DNA of 63,922 nt, the filler included, from Ionaspis alba (lineage: Eukaryota): assembly GCA_964255285.1 (NCBI GenBank). It is 3 parts of 3 records of this genome, joined end to end, with 100 filler letters (N's around TTAATTAATTAA, not from the genome) between each part and the next. Parts side by side here need not be neighbours in the genome. Positions count along the whole stretch, not along the records: positions 1 to 22,179 come from CAXUUL010000212.1; 2 more parts are not named here. One strand, written 5' to 3'. Shown in pieces: positions 1-13,255 of the stretch. Positions within the stretch are counted from its first letter, which is position 1, and each line of letters starts with the position of its first letter. A program made the position numbers and the translations under genes. The notes beneath the pieces are model-generated. The model made no database searches. It had not been told where the DNA came from and saw only the letters and a program-made list of their open reading frames with translations.

Positions 1-811
1 TGGAAGGAGCAGCGATATAGAGGGAGCCTCCTACCTTCATCTTTGGTAAAAGTCAGCCTGAATACTCTTTTTGCTGGCGATTGTGTACAAATTATCTCAC
101 AGGTGATGCAATCGCGAGTGACGGAGCACGCCAAACAGTAAGACTGCCATTGTTCCACCGAAAACTATTGATTGGGCGATTGACAGCGGTTGCATTATGA
201 AGATGTTTCGCCGGCGGAAAGCCTCTCGTAGATTTCAAAAGTGCCACTTGGTTCAAACGAAACGAATTGAACCATGTTTTAGTACAATGGACACCTCCAA
301 ACAACATAGCAGAGAAGACACGTATAGACCTTCTAAGCAGAATGTGACTCCCTTGCCATCAGAGATCATGATTCTGTTGTAGAGTGTCCTGGCCGAATAG
401 ACGTCGTCGGTTCTATGAGAGCTGCCGCAGCTGTACAACGAATCGCTCAAGCTCCTGCAGATCATGCTTGGCGATCTAAGGCAGCCTGAGCGACCACGGT
501 TCTAAGCTTGGCTGCTTGGAAAGCAATCTGTATCAGCCAGGGAACATCACATGCCTTAGGAAATACGAGCTAGGATACCTCCAAATGATCCAATAGCGAG
601 GATGTCCTGACCTTTTCTCTTTACCGCGGGCGTCAATCTTTTGGATCACGCCTGTCTTCACATGGTTTGATGAAAGTCTACATTTTATTGGACTACATAT
701 ATATATCCCTATCGTTTCGGAAATGGAAATAGACTCGAAATCACAATCACAATCACAGTCTATTTGTCTTTATCAGTTGCCGGCCTGACATATATTTCAA
801 ATTTTCAAATT

Positions 812-1216
812 ATGGCTCCTATTCCGGATTCTTGTACATTAACCAGGGGCAACCACCCCCACGTCAGCAGTTTTCCTCCAAGCGCAATATGCGGCCTTGC
901 AATCATGGGCCTTTTTATTGTCCTTGCCACGGGCCGCATGCAATTCACAGCTTATGAAAAAAATCGCTATTGTCGAGGCGCCAAAGCTCCAATTTCTCCT
1001 ACTTGGTTGCTCGACTCGGATCTATGGGGTTAAAATGAAGCCTTTGGTGCTTGGATCAAGCAGGATACGAGTCGCTCGTTTTTGTACGCACATCCGACAC
1101 TCAGAGGACGTGGCCGTTACAATCCTCGTTTGAACCATCGAGTGATCACGTCAAGACCGGGCGACAGACATGCGACAATGCTTCGAATGCATCCGAGAAC
1201 GCCATGGACGGTTTGA
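812..1216 (+). pseudogene. Tandem paralog of the 1676-2077 small membrane protein, interrupted by an in-frame TAA at 1031-1033
   Basis: ATG at 812 (MAPIPDSC...). Reading through TAA 1031-1033 in frame gives NEAFGAWIKQDTSRSFLYAHPTLRG...RTPWTV* (TGA 1214-1216), colinear with the neighbour (MAPIPETC...RGAKSP...QDSTRSFLYAHPKLR...DPWTV*). Confidence 0.75.
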
Positions 1217-1675
1217 AGTTTTATTCGAGGTCAGTATCTCTGACAAGCATGATAATCTGTCACTGTCTGACTTATACCAGCTCCTAAGTTGCAGAGTATG
1301 TCACCGCCGGAGAAGCGGGAGGATATTGTTATGGTAGAGGAGGGAAGGAAGGAAGGGAGGAAGGACGTAGCTACCAGTATATAGTCTCCTTATCGAGGAC
1401 CAAGAATAAAGCATCCTTTACCCCTTGAAGACATTGAGATGCGCGTTGCAGGTACCGTGTTGACATTTTCAAAAGTATCTGAATTTGGACTGCCAAGTTT
1501 TAGCACCAGCTCAAGAGATCTGGTTAGAATCTAAATTCGGGTACATATATATACATAGCTGAGACACTCACGATATAATGATAAACCATCTCACACAGTG
1601 CTGTCTTTAAATATATCCTGTTTTTGGAAAATCTCGAACTATTAGACGCATACTCTCATCCACAAACTACTATCG

Positions 1676-2077
1676 ATGGCACCAATTCCAGAGACCTGTT
1701 CCACCCATGCAGGAGTCGCCTCCCAACCTCATAAATCCACATCATTAACCATTGCATTCGCAGTAATGGGTGTGTTCGTCCTCCTCTTCGTCTTCGCTCA
1801 ATTCCAGCCGACAATAATTGAACAGCGTCGATACGACCGCGGCGCCAAATCTCCCTTTTTTCCTCCTTGGCTCCTGCCCCGCAACTTCTCCAGAAAGGGC
1901 AAGGCATACGAGGCTTGGGCGAATCAGGATTCGACGCGGTCTTTCTTATACGCACATCCGAAGCTGAGGAACAAGCCCCTCAAGGAGCCAGTGGGGGGAA
2001 TGAAGAAAAGTTGGTTGCCGGCAGGGCCGCTCAAGCCTATGGTTCGGGTGTATAGAGATGATCCTTGGACAGTCTAA
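1676..2077 (+). CDS. Small hypothetical protein (133 aa) with one hydrophobic segment
   Basis: Intact ORF; hydrophobic stretch LTIAFAVMGVFVLLFVFA; amino-acid similarity to the upstream paralog along its length supports coding status; TATA-like tracts upstream. Confidence 0.7.
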   Translation: MAPIPETCSTHAGVASQPHKSTSLTIAFAVMGVFVLLFVFAQFQPTIIEQRRYDRGAKSPFFPPWLLPRNFSRKGKAYEAWANQDSTRSFLYAHPKLRNKPLKEPVGGMKKSWLPAGPLKPMVRVYRDDPWTV

Positions 2078-2735
2078 AGCATTCGGTCAAAGGTACGTTC
2101 AGCAAATCCCATGTCCTTCTTTGTCGCTGACTTGGCGCACAGTGAGCCTCGCTTCCTGATATCGTTCTGGAAAACCATGCTCAGAGCTTCAAAAGGGTAA
2201 CAAGCAGAAGCATTCAAAGAGGCGGGAACGGAAGGGGGAAAAATCAAGTGCAGGCTACAGCTTCCTTCATAGACCGGAATGGCCCTAGCATGCATCAAAC
2301 AATTCGAGACAGAAGAGCAAACTTAGATAAACTTAGTACAAGCACAAGTCCTCATATGCGAGCTTAATTGGTCAATACGACAAATGACAAGCCTCTCTTC
2401 CGTGAAAAAACCCAAAACGGTGCTCGCAGTAAGCCGCTTCCTGTAAATGAGTCAAACTGTAGATAAGGGAGGGTTCAGGAAGAGCCCTTGATCGACAGAA
2501 TGAAGAAAAATGGCCAGATTGCTGTATTGTCTGAAGGTCAGAGGCCATTCCATCACGGCCTAATTTCGAGTCTTGATATCAAAGAGCTCTTTTCCCGATG
2601 GTCGTCAATTCGGTGCGTAGTTTTGCGCTATCCTTGTCTCTCGGCAAACCTTCCTGCTCCAAGTATTCGACTATTCAAGCTCCAACAGGTTCATATTCCA
2701 CAACTTCCACCAAGTACGTTCTGGCTCTGGTAAAC

Positions 2736-3396
2736 ATGGCGAACGGGTAAGCCTATCCAAGATGACCTCTCGAGTTTCCTCTAGAGAGGGAGTCCGAAGT
2801 AGCAGGTCTATCGGATCGTACCATCGGCTAACGGCTCTCCTCTACTTCCTAGTTGGAGCATCATCATCGGCCTGATAGTCGTCGTTATCGCGAGCGCAGC
2901 CGCCTGGTTCTTCAGTCCTAAGGGAGACACACAGACGTATGTCCTGCTCCGTTTTCATATCCCGTTTCCCCCGTTCTCCATGCGCCACCATCCAGGATAA
3001 GGAGTGCTATGGCATGGCAGACGGCAAGTGTTACGCCGGCCTGAAAGACTGCATTCGTCAACCTATAAAGGAGGGAAGAGTAGAATACATGGTAGAGCCA
3101 AAGCTAATGTCTATTTGCACATAGTGTATGGCGGAGTTCGCTCATCCTCAGCTTTGCAGCCTGTTATCTCATGTGGGGTACGTCTGTCAATCTTCATTTT
3201 CTCAATCCTCTTCACTACGCGCCATTAGCATTAGCCTCCATGTGTGCTGAGGGATTGGCCACGGTAACATTTAGGTATAATCGGACACGTGTGCTAATGC
3301 TCCACCTGTGTTTTAGCTATCACATTCCTGGCGCAACTCCATCCTCTGATTACGCCGAAAAAGAATGACTGGCGACCAGGCCATGAGCCTTCATAG
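2736..3396 (+). CDS. VMA9: V-type H+-ATPase subunit e (4 exons)
   Basis: Manual splicing across three GT-AG introns gives MANGWSIIIGLIVVVIASAAAWFFSPKGDTQTVWRSSLILSFAACYLMWAITFLAQLHPLITPKKNDWRPGHEPS*. CYLMWAITFLAQLHPLI is the subunit e signature. Not represented intact in the ORF track. Confidence 0.93.
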
Positions 3397-4465
3397 TGTG
3401 GTTACAGGTGCGCGAGATGAGAGCAGAGGGCTGTCTATACATGGATTCGGTCCGGGAGGGCAATACTGAAGGCGGCTGAGGGGGATGACGGGCTGCTTAA
3501 ATGCATGGGTCTGGAATAAGAGGACGCTATGGTACAGGATGTATATTGGGCACGGCGTTTGGATGGCATTCGATTGGTGGAGCATTGAAGGTAGGATTGT
3601 AAACTCGATGGGGATTTTCCTGTTACTGTTGACCGGTTACTCTTTAATCAATCACAGTGATCTATAGGATCTCTCTTACTTAAGGAAAACGACGGTGATG
3701 AGCACTCCACATAGACTTTTGCACTCGATGACTCCTCTGTCATGCATCTTTCCTTTGCTTTCCTCCTTACCATGCTTGTCCGAGGTAGAACAATCACTCT
3801 CCTCGGACAGACCAGATCATGAAGTCAGCAAAACATCAAACCAATAATTATCTGCACACAGTATTCCTCGAAGGAGAAAGCACTGGTATTGAAACTAGAG
3901 ACCCCCTAATTCAAGCAAGTAGTCCTATCGCCGTCCTCGAAGCACCACATAAGAAAGCCCCCATAGAATCCAGGGCCTTCAAACACCCGCAAATATCCCG
4001 TGAAGCAATTTCCCAGTCCACGAAGCCAGATATGACGCCATATCCTTCTTTCTGCCCTCCAACATCAAGAGCCAGTCCGTGATGTAAGGTCGTAGGTTTC
4101 GTCATGTTTTTGTGGTGTATTAACGTTTGAGATGTCGTACTCGGTATTTGTCTGATCAAATGGAAGGGTGGGGGCCCAAAGACGCAAAAAATGTGGAGAT
4201 GAACATTGGGGAGTATGAACTGGAGAAAATTGTTGTACAGAAGACTTGGAATCAAGCTATGTTTGTAATTTAGGTAGGTGAATAGTGCCATATCGAGTCA
4301 AAGGGCTGAAACAACTAAGAATCTCGAGCCTTGGAGTGCAACAAGGTGGCGGATGATGGTTATGGTGAAACTAATCAGCGTGAAGCTGATCGACAACACG
4401 CTTACTGCCGAGTCCAAGGGAGAAGTTTCCGGATGAGAAGAGTGAGAGATCCCAAGTGATCGATT

Positions 4466-7226
4466 TCATAGTATTTCTCCCATACCGACTGGAGCTTCAG
4501 GTGGAGATGCTGGCTTCTCATCGACACCTTGCCCGCGACAAAGAGGACAGGAGTTTCGACCAGTAGTCAACCACTAAAGACTCGATGAGCAAAATGTTTC
4601 GAGGAATTCTCTAGGTCGCTGATGCTTACCACGTCGATGCACTCACGATGGAAAACGTGCGTGCATTTGCTCAGCTGCCGAAGCTCGTCCTTGAGCTCGT
4701 ACTCGCAGAGACAAACAAGACAGCGTTCGCCTCCTGTTACCTGGAGCTGCTTACTTCTGTCGTCACCGATGGCGTCTAAGCTGCCGTCCAACCTTCGAAG
4801 CCGGATCGTGTAGATGCCACCGGCAGAAGCTACGTCTTCGCTGCTTGCAACTGGTGGCTTGGCCGGGCCGAGAAGGGAAGATAGCAGAAGCATGTCCTCG
4901 TATGTAGGATTCTAAATGTATATATCAGTAGACAGTCCTCTCGCGCGTTAATCGATGTGTGACATACGTCAGTGAACAGGCTAGGGGTAGCAAAGGCCGG
5001 ATGGTCTTCCGACAAGTTCGTTCCCACCACGTAGATGAGCCATGTTCTACCCTGCGACGGAGCATCGTCAGGCTCCACGACTCCGTTCCTCCTTGCAGCA
5101 CCGGCTCCTAGATCTCGATGACGTGCAAATTCAGAGTCACTTCGTCGTCTTTGTCGGACAGCATGGTATGGATCATTGGCTGCGTCGTGGGAGTCGCGAG
5201 TCTCATTCAAGCTTTCCAGAGCATTGTCATGGTATGGTCCTTGAGGATGCTGCACTGCAGACGCCGAAGACGGGCGACGGTTGGGAGTTGTGGTGCCAGA
5301 CGGCTGGGCAGACAAGTAAGGTTCTGCAGGAGTTGAGGGAGGCGCATTCGGCCCGGCCGGTGTTTCAGATAGAATCATCGGAATAGCTGCACTTGTCACA
5401 GGAGTTGTATCCCCGGAAGCTGATCTGCTCGAACTGTGCATGCGTTGGTGGCGCTGACTATCATAGTTCGCCGGAAATTGGTTCACACCGCCCATGGAGG
5501 CTCGTCTGCGGTGCGCAAATCTTGATCTGCCGCTAGCATGTCGCAAAAGATTTGCTGAGCTCGTGTTTCTTGCGGGTGCTGCCGGCATCATAGGGAGGCT
5601 AAGCAGGGCATCCAAATTTGTCTCACCAGCCTCGCGGTTGAGACTTGCAGATGGTACCGAGCGAACACCAACAACGACCAGAGTCACAGTCCTCCCATCA
5701 GTATGCTCCTCGTTGTTAGTGCTACCGCTCATCTGCGACTGTGTAGAAGATTCGCGTTCATGATCTGATCTGTCTCCCGGGTTTGAATTCACAAAACGAA
5801 AGACGCGTAATAGATTCAGTGGAGGTAATGTTGCCAGTGTTCTGTGTGCCTCAGTGCCATGAGCTGTAGTGCCTGTTGCACTATGCATAGTGTCCAGAAA
5901 GGTAGCCAAGCTACCATCAAGCGTATCGTCACCGAAAGTCTCCATATCAGAGATCCCATCAGGAGTTCCAGACAGCTGAGCAGCAATAGCTGCGGCAGCA
6001 AGTTGCAAGATTCGGGACAACGGTGCTTCGTCGTCCCGACGGATAAGTCGACTTGATCGTCCACGCATCAGGTTTGGTACCCTTCTCATTTCACGCCTCA
6101 CAGTTGGAGATCGATCTGCCCAACGTTGAGCCCATGTAGTCGATCGTTCAGGTGCCTCCGAAGCATCGGGAGCGAAAGGGTTGCGTGGCGGGGCCAATGC
6201 CGGATTGCCATGCGTCCCTGATCCACGTTCATCTAGAGTAATGCTGGTATCTGTCATGTTCAAAGGCGGCAACAAATAGTCAGTCTCATCGGCCAGAGGT
6301 AAACGATTTGGCCGCCGCGGAGGTGTCTGGGTCTGCCGATCGTGTGGTTGGTTAGGATTACCAGCGAATAGGGCTTCCAGTGACGAGATGGACCTTCGCA
6401 CTCTGGAGAGTCGGGGGCCTCGAAGTGACCGCGAAATAAAGCTAGATTCTGTCCGTCGTTGAGATGACGAAGAAGGTGGTTCTGGTGTCGTGGTCTGCAT
6501 GGAGTTCGTAGGTAAGCCCGATGGTGGTACTGAGCCGTCTGCGAGTAGAGGGATTGGTCTGGAAATGGGAGCTAGGTTTCTCCTGGTGGTTGATCGAGGT
6601 GAGGGAGCCGATCCTCCTGATGATGATCCAAACATCGAGAACCGGTGGTGATTGCTCTCTGACGTCTCGGTAGAGCCACTCGGGGGATTATCTGACAGCC
6701 TCCGGCGCAACGTGCGACCCTCTCCGTCATCACCTTCCGTAGATACTGAAGTCCCTGTAGTTGCATATCGTGGTAGAAATCTTGAACCTAATCTCGAAAT
6801 GACAGACGGTCGTCTTGGCATGGGCGATGGTGTGACGTGGGTGATGGGTGCATCTCGCATACGCAGGTCCTCCAAATTCATCAGTGGCCTCTCTTCTTGT
6901 TCATAAAAGACCTCATCCCGCGTTGTAGAGTCTCTTCCTTGCTCTTCCGCTCCTTCTGTCGCAGGTGTTGACTGAGTAGATATCTGTCGACGGAAGGTAG
7001 CAAACGGAGGAGTAGTTCGACTGCCTTCCCGACGATGAGTTCTCGTCCTCGACGGGCCCAGCATACGTTCTCTCCGCGGTGAAACAGAGATTCTGGTACT
7101 CGAGTCTGCTTGTGGTTCCTGCTCAGAGGTCTCCGGCCATCTCTCTCCCCACAACTGAGAGAAAGGTCGGGATTCTCTTCCGGAAGGGTCCCCACGGGTG
7201 CGTTGTGACGAGACACCTTGTCCCAT
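4466..7226 (-). CDS. RING-H2 finger protein (putative E3 ubiquitin ligase) with a long disordered N-terminus, 3 exons
   Basis: 798-aa ORF, then exons NPTYEDMLLLSSLLGPAKPP...CLVCLCEYE...CTHVFHRECID / WLTTGRNSCPLCRG...GEIL*; complete C3H2C3 RING-H2 motif after splicing. Confidence 0.9.
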
Positions 7227-8459
7227 GATAAGCGGTGGCTCTGAGCACAGGATCGAATGTCGATTGTTGCGAAAAGAATTATCTCATGGCTTGCAGCTGG
7301 CTTTTCCAAATTCGAGAAAGGTGAACAGCACTGTCGCCGGCTGTCAAGGATTCTCTCCACTGGCGATTATTAATGACGCGTGATGGTGGAAGAGATTATC
7401 CCTGAAGGGTGATGCCGTCTTCTACTGACTCCCAGTCAATCGTCAGGTCAGACTCCGAATGTCGTATTTATTTGTGGTGCTTTGAGGGAGTGAGGTCGAG
7501 AGGTCTGATTTGTCAGAAGGCAGACCGCAGGCGTAGGAGAACAGCGGGTTGGCAGGATTTCTCGCGGATGCTGCAGCACCAAAGTGAAATTAGCTGTTCT
7601 TCATTCTTAGGCGCCTAAAGATGGAGTCCAGAGAGTGGGAGGGCTTTCGTGTTTAGCTTCGTTCTAGGTCGAGTGTTGGAGGTCATTCAGTAGTCAGCCC
7701 GAAGGTCTCGATGGCACCTTAGCGTGCATAGTCCTGATTGGTTCTAGCTTCCGTAGTCAGACAGAGTCCGCAGGTCGTCATATCCCATATCTTGAGTACG
7801 AAAGACTTTCTTATAGGGCTTACGATATGGTAAACAAATTGGTAAGATCCCTTGATCTAATCGAAACCTGCTCTGACAGTCTGTATTCTTTCTGCTGTGT
7901 TCGAGTTTCTACTACGTTCAGGCAAACAAGCGGTGGTACAAGAGTTCTCGGTAAGGCGCAGTCATTATCTAAACTGCTTCTACGGAACTCTCTATGCCTC
8001 CAGCTGCACATGAAATGTTTGTGCCAGAGAGTGTGAGATAGTGACGAACGTTAGGCACAAGTCACCATCCTCTCGAAGCTGAAATAGAGCTCGAATCTCC
8101 AAAGATAGTGGGGGGTGCCGAAACGACATTATTGGCATGTGATTTTGGCAAAGGTTGCAATTGACGTCTACTATCGTACAGATCCCACTGCTCTACAGCG
8201 CTGGAGCTTGTCTTGGGCCTTGATTTATATCTGCTGCTTATAGGCCATTTTTTTAGTGGACGAGGAGTTCGTTCCTCTTTCTCATCACCAGCTTTTTGGA
8301 ACTCTTCTGCTGGCAATAACACATCACGTTCAAGTCTGTGTCTGTGCATCGCTGAGGATGCCAAGTGCTCTGAGACTTGAGTGTGGTGTTAAGGAGTTTT
8401 CATTCAAACCATTGACAACGGCTAAGAAACTTTGAATCAAGAAGTTTATCGAATAACTC

Positions 8460-9988
8460 ATGGCTCCATCCGCTCTGTTCTCTTCTCCTTTCGAGAATGG
8501 TAGCCGCTCTGGTCGTCTACGGCCATTGTCACTAGACCCATTAGGAAAGAGGAAGAGAGATGAAAATACAGATGAGAATGATTTTGGTGACAATACCTCG
8601 AACGACCCTCTCGTTTCACCATCTCATTCTTATACTGCGACAGAAACTCCAGCTCTTGAAACTGACTTGTTAAAGCAATACGAAACCGCCAGACAAGCTC
8701 ATGAGTCTCATTTACCTCAACACAGNNNNNNNNNNNNNNNNNNNNNNNNNNNNNNNNNNNNNNNNNNNNNNNNNNNNNNNNNNNNNNNNNNNNNNNNNNN
8801 NNNNNNNNNNNNNNNNNNNNNNNNNTAAAGCAATACGAAACCGCCAGACAAGCTCATGAGTCTCATTTACCTCAACACAGCTTCCCACACGCTGCTCTAA
8901 GATCACTACGTGATGCTGCCAGATTGTACAACAGCTCCCAACTCGAAAAGGAGCTTGCAAACCTCAAACCTCCGCTGCAGTCATCTCGTTCTTCTCGCGG
9001 CGCGGGGTCTCTTGGTCATCAATATACCGGACTGAAGCAACGTCATTTGGCTGTTTTGACTGCTATTGTGCATAAGTCTTTGCTGCAAGATGACTATGTT
9101 CGGGCTGGTCGTGCATGGGGAATGCTGCTCCATGCCGAGGTTGGTGGCCGGCCTATGAATATTCGCTCCAATGGGCTCTGGGGTCTCGGTGCAGAGATCC
9201 TCCTTCGGAAAGGTGCACAAACCGTGTCCTTGCATGTAGATCGTCACCTCACGGACTTTGGCTCCGAGGACACAAATTCGTCACAGGCAGCAGCACGGAA
9301 GCTGCGTGCTCCGCTTTATGATCAGGAAGCATTCGAGAATGCTAAGCGCTATTATCAACGCCTCATCTTGCAGTACCCGTTCAGACGATGGGACCCTGAG
9401 CCTATTAGCTCATTGCACTTCTATCCCGCCATGTATAGTATCTGGATAAGTTCGGTACAAGAACATTCTCAGCAGGAGCTCGATAGCCTAGGACAGGAAA
9501 GGCACGCCAGTAACAGCGACGATGGAAGGGGTTCGAGCCATTCCGACAGTTCGGATGACCATCTTCGTAAGGACGGTATTCGAAAACGTGCTTTGGAACG
9601 AGCGGAAGAGATAGCGGCCAGCCTAGAAGAACTTCTTCTTTCGTCTCCGTACTCGGATGATGCCACTCTATGGAAACTAAGAGGCAATGTGGCCCTCTGG
9701 GTAGGAGACTTGTGTGTCGAGCATACAGCTGCACCAGCCAAAGACGAAGTAGACATTGGAAAGGAGGCAGGCGAAGTATCGTTGACAGAGGGCGAGGACG
9801 ACGAGTCTGATTCTGTTCAGAGAACACGAAAACATCGCGAACGAGACGACTACGAGAGAAGTCTTGTCGATAGAGAGACTCAGAGGGAACGAGCATTCCA
9901 GGCCTTCGAGACTGTTAGAAGAATTGTGGGACAGAGAGACGAGACAGACCATCAACATTTGGACGACCAAAAAAGCCCCGAGCCATAG
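8460..9988 (+). CDS. RRN11: RNA polymerase I-specific transcription initiation factor, Rrn11-like
   Basis: Motifs RHLAVLTAIVHKSLL..DYVRAGRAWGMLL, IRSNGLWGLGAEILL and YYQRLILQYP. The ORF is continuous once the 100-N gap and its 55-nt duplicated flank are collapsed. Confidence 0.75.
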
Positions 9989-12900
9989 CAAACCAAAAGA
10001 TATTATGTTGGTGGTACCCTATACACCAGAAGCTCAACAGCTTGTCTAATTGGTCCAGGTAAGAGTCCGAGTGATCTCAGCTGAGACCAAAGAAGTCTAG
10101 TCTGTCTCGTATTTGATATTTGCAGACGGCTTTCTGCACGAAGACAAGAAAGGGCATAGCTGTTTCAGGCGTGTTCTAACAGGTCCAATGAACTGCACCT
10201 GTAACTCCAGCCCATAGCTTGCTTTGCATATCAAGCTGAAGATTTCAATGCACCAAAACCTGATCACGTGTTAGTGACCATGATTTGAAATCTTACTTGG
10301 GATCTTCCCATCGCATTTTGTGGGTCATGCAAGGAGGATATTGTGGCATAAAGGTATAGAGGCTAGTATCGGATGGGACTACGTAGCTCCACGTGTCCCA
10401 ACAGACCCGATCTGGTCAACTGCAAAACACTCCCCCATCTGCGAGGACGGAGTTAGGATTCCCATTGTGATCTTCATTGGCAAAAGAATAGCTGCCCGGA
10501 TTGCCAGAGATATCATCTTGGAAAGATACAATGCGACACGATGGCTTCTTTCAATAGCTGACGAGCGGTCGCGCCCAAAACGATCAGCTCCGTCATCATA
10601 CGAGGTGGCTTTACGTGAATCTCCAACCATTTGCCAAGGAAGTACACACCCTCGAACGGTCCAAGACAATGTCCATCGGTGTTGCATTCGCGATTCAACT
10701 CTTGACCTCACCGGACTCGTGCATATCTCTGCAGTCTCCTGCAACAACCGGGTAGACTCTCGGGCCCTGTCTGACCCCAGGCAAAAAGTGTGGCGTAGGG
10801 AATGCCTTTTCCTTCTTGTTATTGAGCGTCGTGACCATGGTATTGAAGCATCACCCATGTTGACATAGACATAACTTCTATGTAACGCTGTTCAATGTGC
10901 GCAATTCTTTAATTCGTCGTTTGTTCCATCAACAACCAAAGACTTCAATTTGTACCACAGCACACCGCCACGCGAAGGTGGCACTAGACTTCGCCTTGAA
11001 GAGGGATCCCACAATGTCTCGCCAGGAAATTGTTCCTGCAGATGCGGAGAAAACATGCAGATCTAGGTTCCCTGAGTTAACGGGATCAAATCGACATATT
11101 GGTATAGCATCGACTGATCCATATAGGCAAACACAACGGGCATGGGTCAGCAAATGCATAAGCCGAAATTGAGAGTGGTCCGGTAGTTGCCATCGAACCA
11201 GGCAGCAAGCTTGCACTGCAGCACGCACATCATGGCTTTGACTCGACAATGTGCTCATATGAATTCATTTAGCAGGAAAACAAATGAAAGCTGCTTAATC
11301 CCCGGTCCATAGAAATTCTTCCCTGAAAGATTAGATTGCCATACACTCTGCCAGGAAAGCCGGGTACATACACTGCATGTGGATTTTCGAGACGATCTCG
11401 TTGTATCATCAACTGGGGAGGATTAACTTTGTACAGCGGATCAATGGGAAGAATTTCACGACACTTTACCAGTCGACGACAGTGCTCGAACAGCTGTTAG
11501 ATGTACCCTAGGCTCCAACTGTTTTTCTGCTAGTGCCAGAGTAGCGCGCGACGGCACAATAGTGACGCTGCATCCCATGTGCTTGGGCTCCTCATCCTAA
11601 TGATCCTGAACAGCCGGCTGTCTTGTGCCAACCCTTGCTGCATGATCGACTAATGTACGAACAGCGATATTGCCAAAAGCCTTGGGACGCCTTTTCAACA
11701 CAATACTATGCGGCTTTCCTAGTCTGCGGCAGAGAACAAGAATTCCAACAATGGGCTTCCTGGAAAACCATAATGGAACAAGTTGCCATATATGGTGAAG
11801 TGCGCACCCGGTTCGATGTTCCCCCCATTTCGGGGGATCAACAGAGTGGCACAATCATAATTCAGACAAGCCCTCGTTTTTGCCTGAACAATCCTAGGGT
11901 GATCAACAACTCCGTAGTTTGGCCGGCTGTGGTGCAGAGTAGTCCTACCCGGACCAGTCCACATGGCCGGCCATCCCACCACACCATCCCAACCCCCTTC
12001 CGCGTCGCCCTATGAAGATCTTGAAAGCCACGAGAAAAGACATGTCGTTTGATCCAGTGTGAATTTGTATGCCGCTCTAGTTTCACCCAGTCTGAATCTT
12101 TGTTGGATCCCTAGTGCGTGCTGATCATCCCAGCACTGGCTCGCGGCACAGTCACCAATGCCGTCACGGAACCCTTTCGTGTGCACGCTGCAGCAACGCT
12201 CGAGTCACACGAGACCCGACTTCCACGCAGTCCGTGGAGACACAGCAGGAAAACAATGCTCTTCTCAGGAACCAAGATCTGTCTCTCATCCCCCATCGTG
12301 GGTTATTGTCACGGTAGAAGCTTGGATTGGCGTCGTCCATAGCCTCGGGCCCATGGTTCAAAGGCGGAAGGTGAGTGAGCCGGACTCCGGAATCCGGACT
12401 GGTGGTGCATATTGATTATTATTATTGTTGTGATTAACTTCCTGGGATAACTTGTCTTCGTACGCCGCCGTCGTTTCCTGTCGTAGAAGGAGATCAATCA
12501 AACTGCAGCAAATTAAAGTACCAGCACCGGCGGCAACAGGTCTTGAATACGCCTTCACCTTAAAACACGGCCAGGTCGGAACACTCATCCATTGCAACCA
12601 CCAAGACAAGGGCAGAAAGTCACTCATGACCAAGCGGAGGCTATTCATGCCATCTGTTACTCCCGCACTTCTGCTCGTACTACTGCAGACCACTACCAAG
12701 TACGTACTGCTTGAAATGGGCTGCCGCCTTTTTTGGCGTTTGACAGATCTCCAGGACCGAGGATACCAACCAAGGCTAGCAATAGGGTAGGATTGGGCTC
12801 CGTAAGGAGTCGTGGAAAAGCCTCCAAGGACCGGGTAGGGGCGAGGGGCAGTGGTGCTTTCTGGACTAAAGAGTAAAGGCCATGAAGCTCCTCCCTCTCC

Positions 12901-13255
12901 GTCCCACCCCTGGTCACTATATCTCTCGGTTGAACGAATGAAAAGCACAAGTGCCCGGCAGCGATATACGCCTTTTGAGATGCAGCCTTCGATAAGCACT
13001 AGAAGCAGCCTGCCCCATCAGTTTGCCCTTTTCATTCCTCTGAATTGATTGTGTGGTGGTTTTTTCTCTTCTGTCGGCAGTCCACCCCCCAGGTCATGAA
13101 CGACACTTTGCCTCTCCTCCCTCCACTAACACCACCATAATGCTGCTGCGTCTTTAGGTGGGCTCCGCACCTACGTCAGCTGGATGAAAGCTTAATTTAA
13201 GGATGACCCTGCCCCTGAAACCACTTGCGCTAAAGAGAGATCCATCAAGTTTGCC

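Noticed and set aside
1..480. Possible third copy of the small tandem gene or end of an upstream gene
   Set aside because: The three forward frames show multiple stops and none of the shared motifs.
2937..3124. Intronic snoRNA or TPP riboswitch in the long VMA9 intron 2
   Set aside because: No properly placed C/D or H/ACA boxes and no TPP aptamer core found by eye.
10320..10868. Overlapping 182-aa (+) and 159-aa (-) ORFs
   Set aside because: No recognisable domain, the + ORF starts at GTG, and there is no clear splice support; cannot be called.
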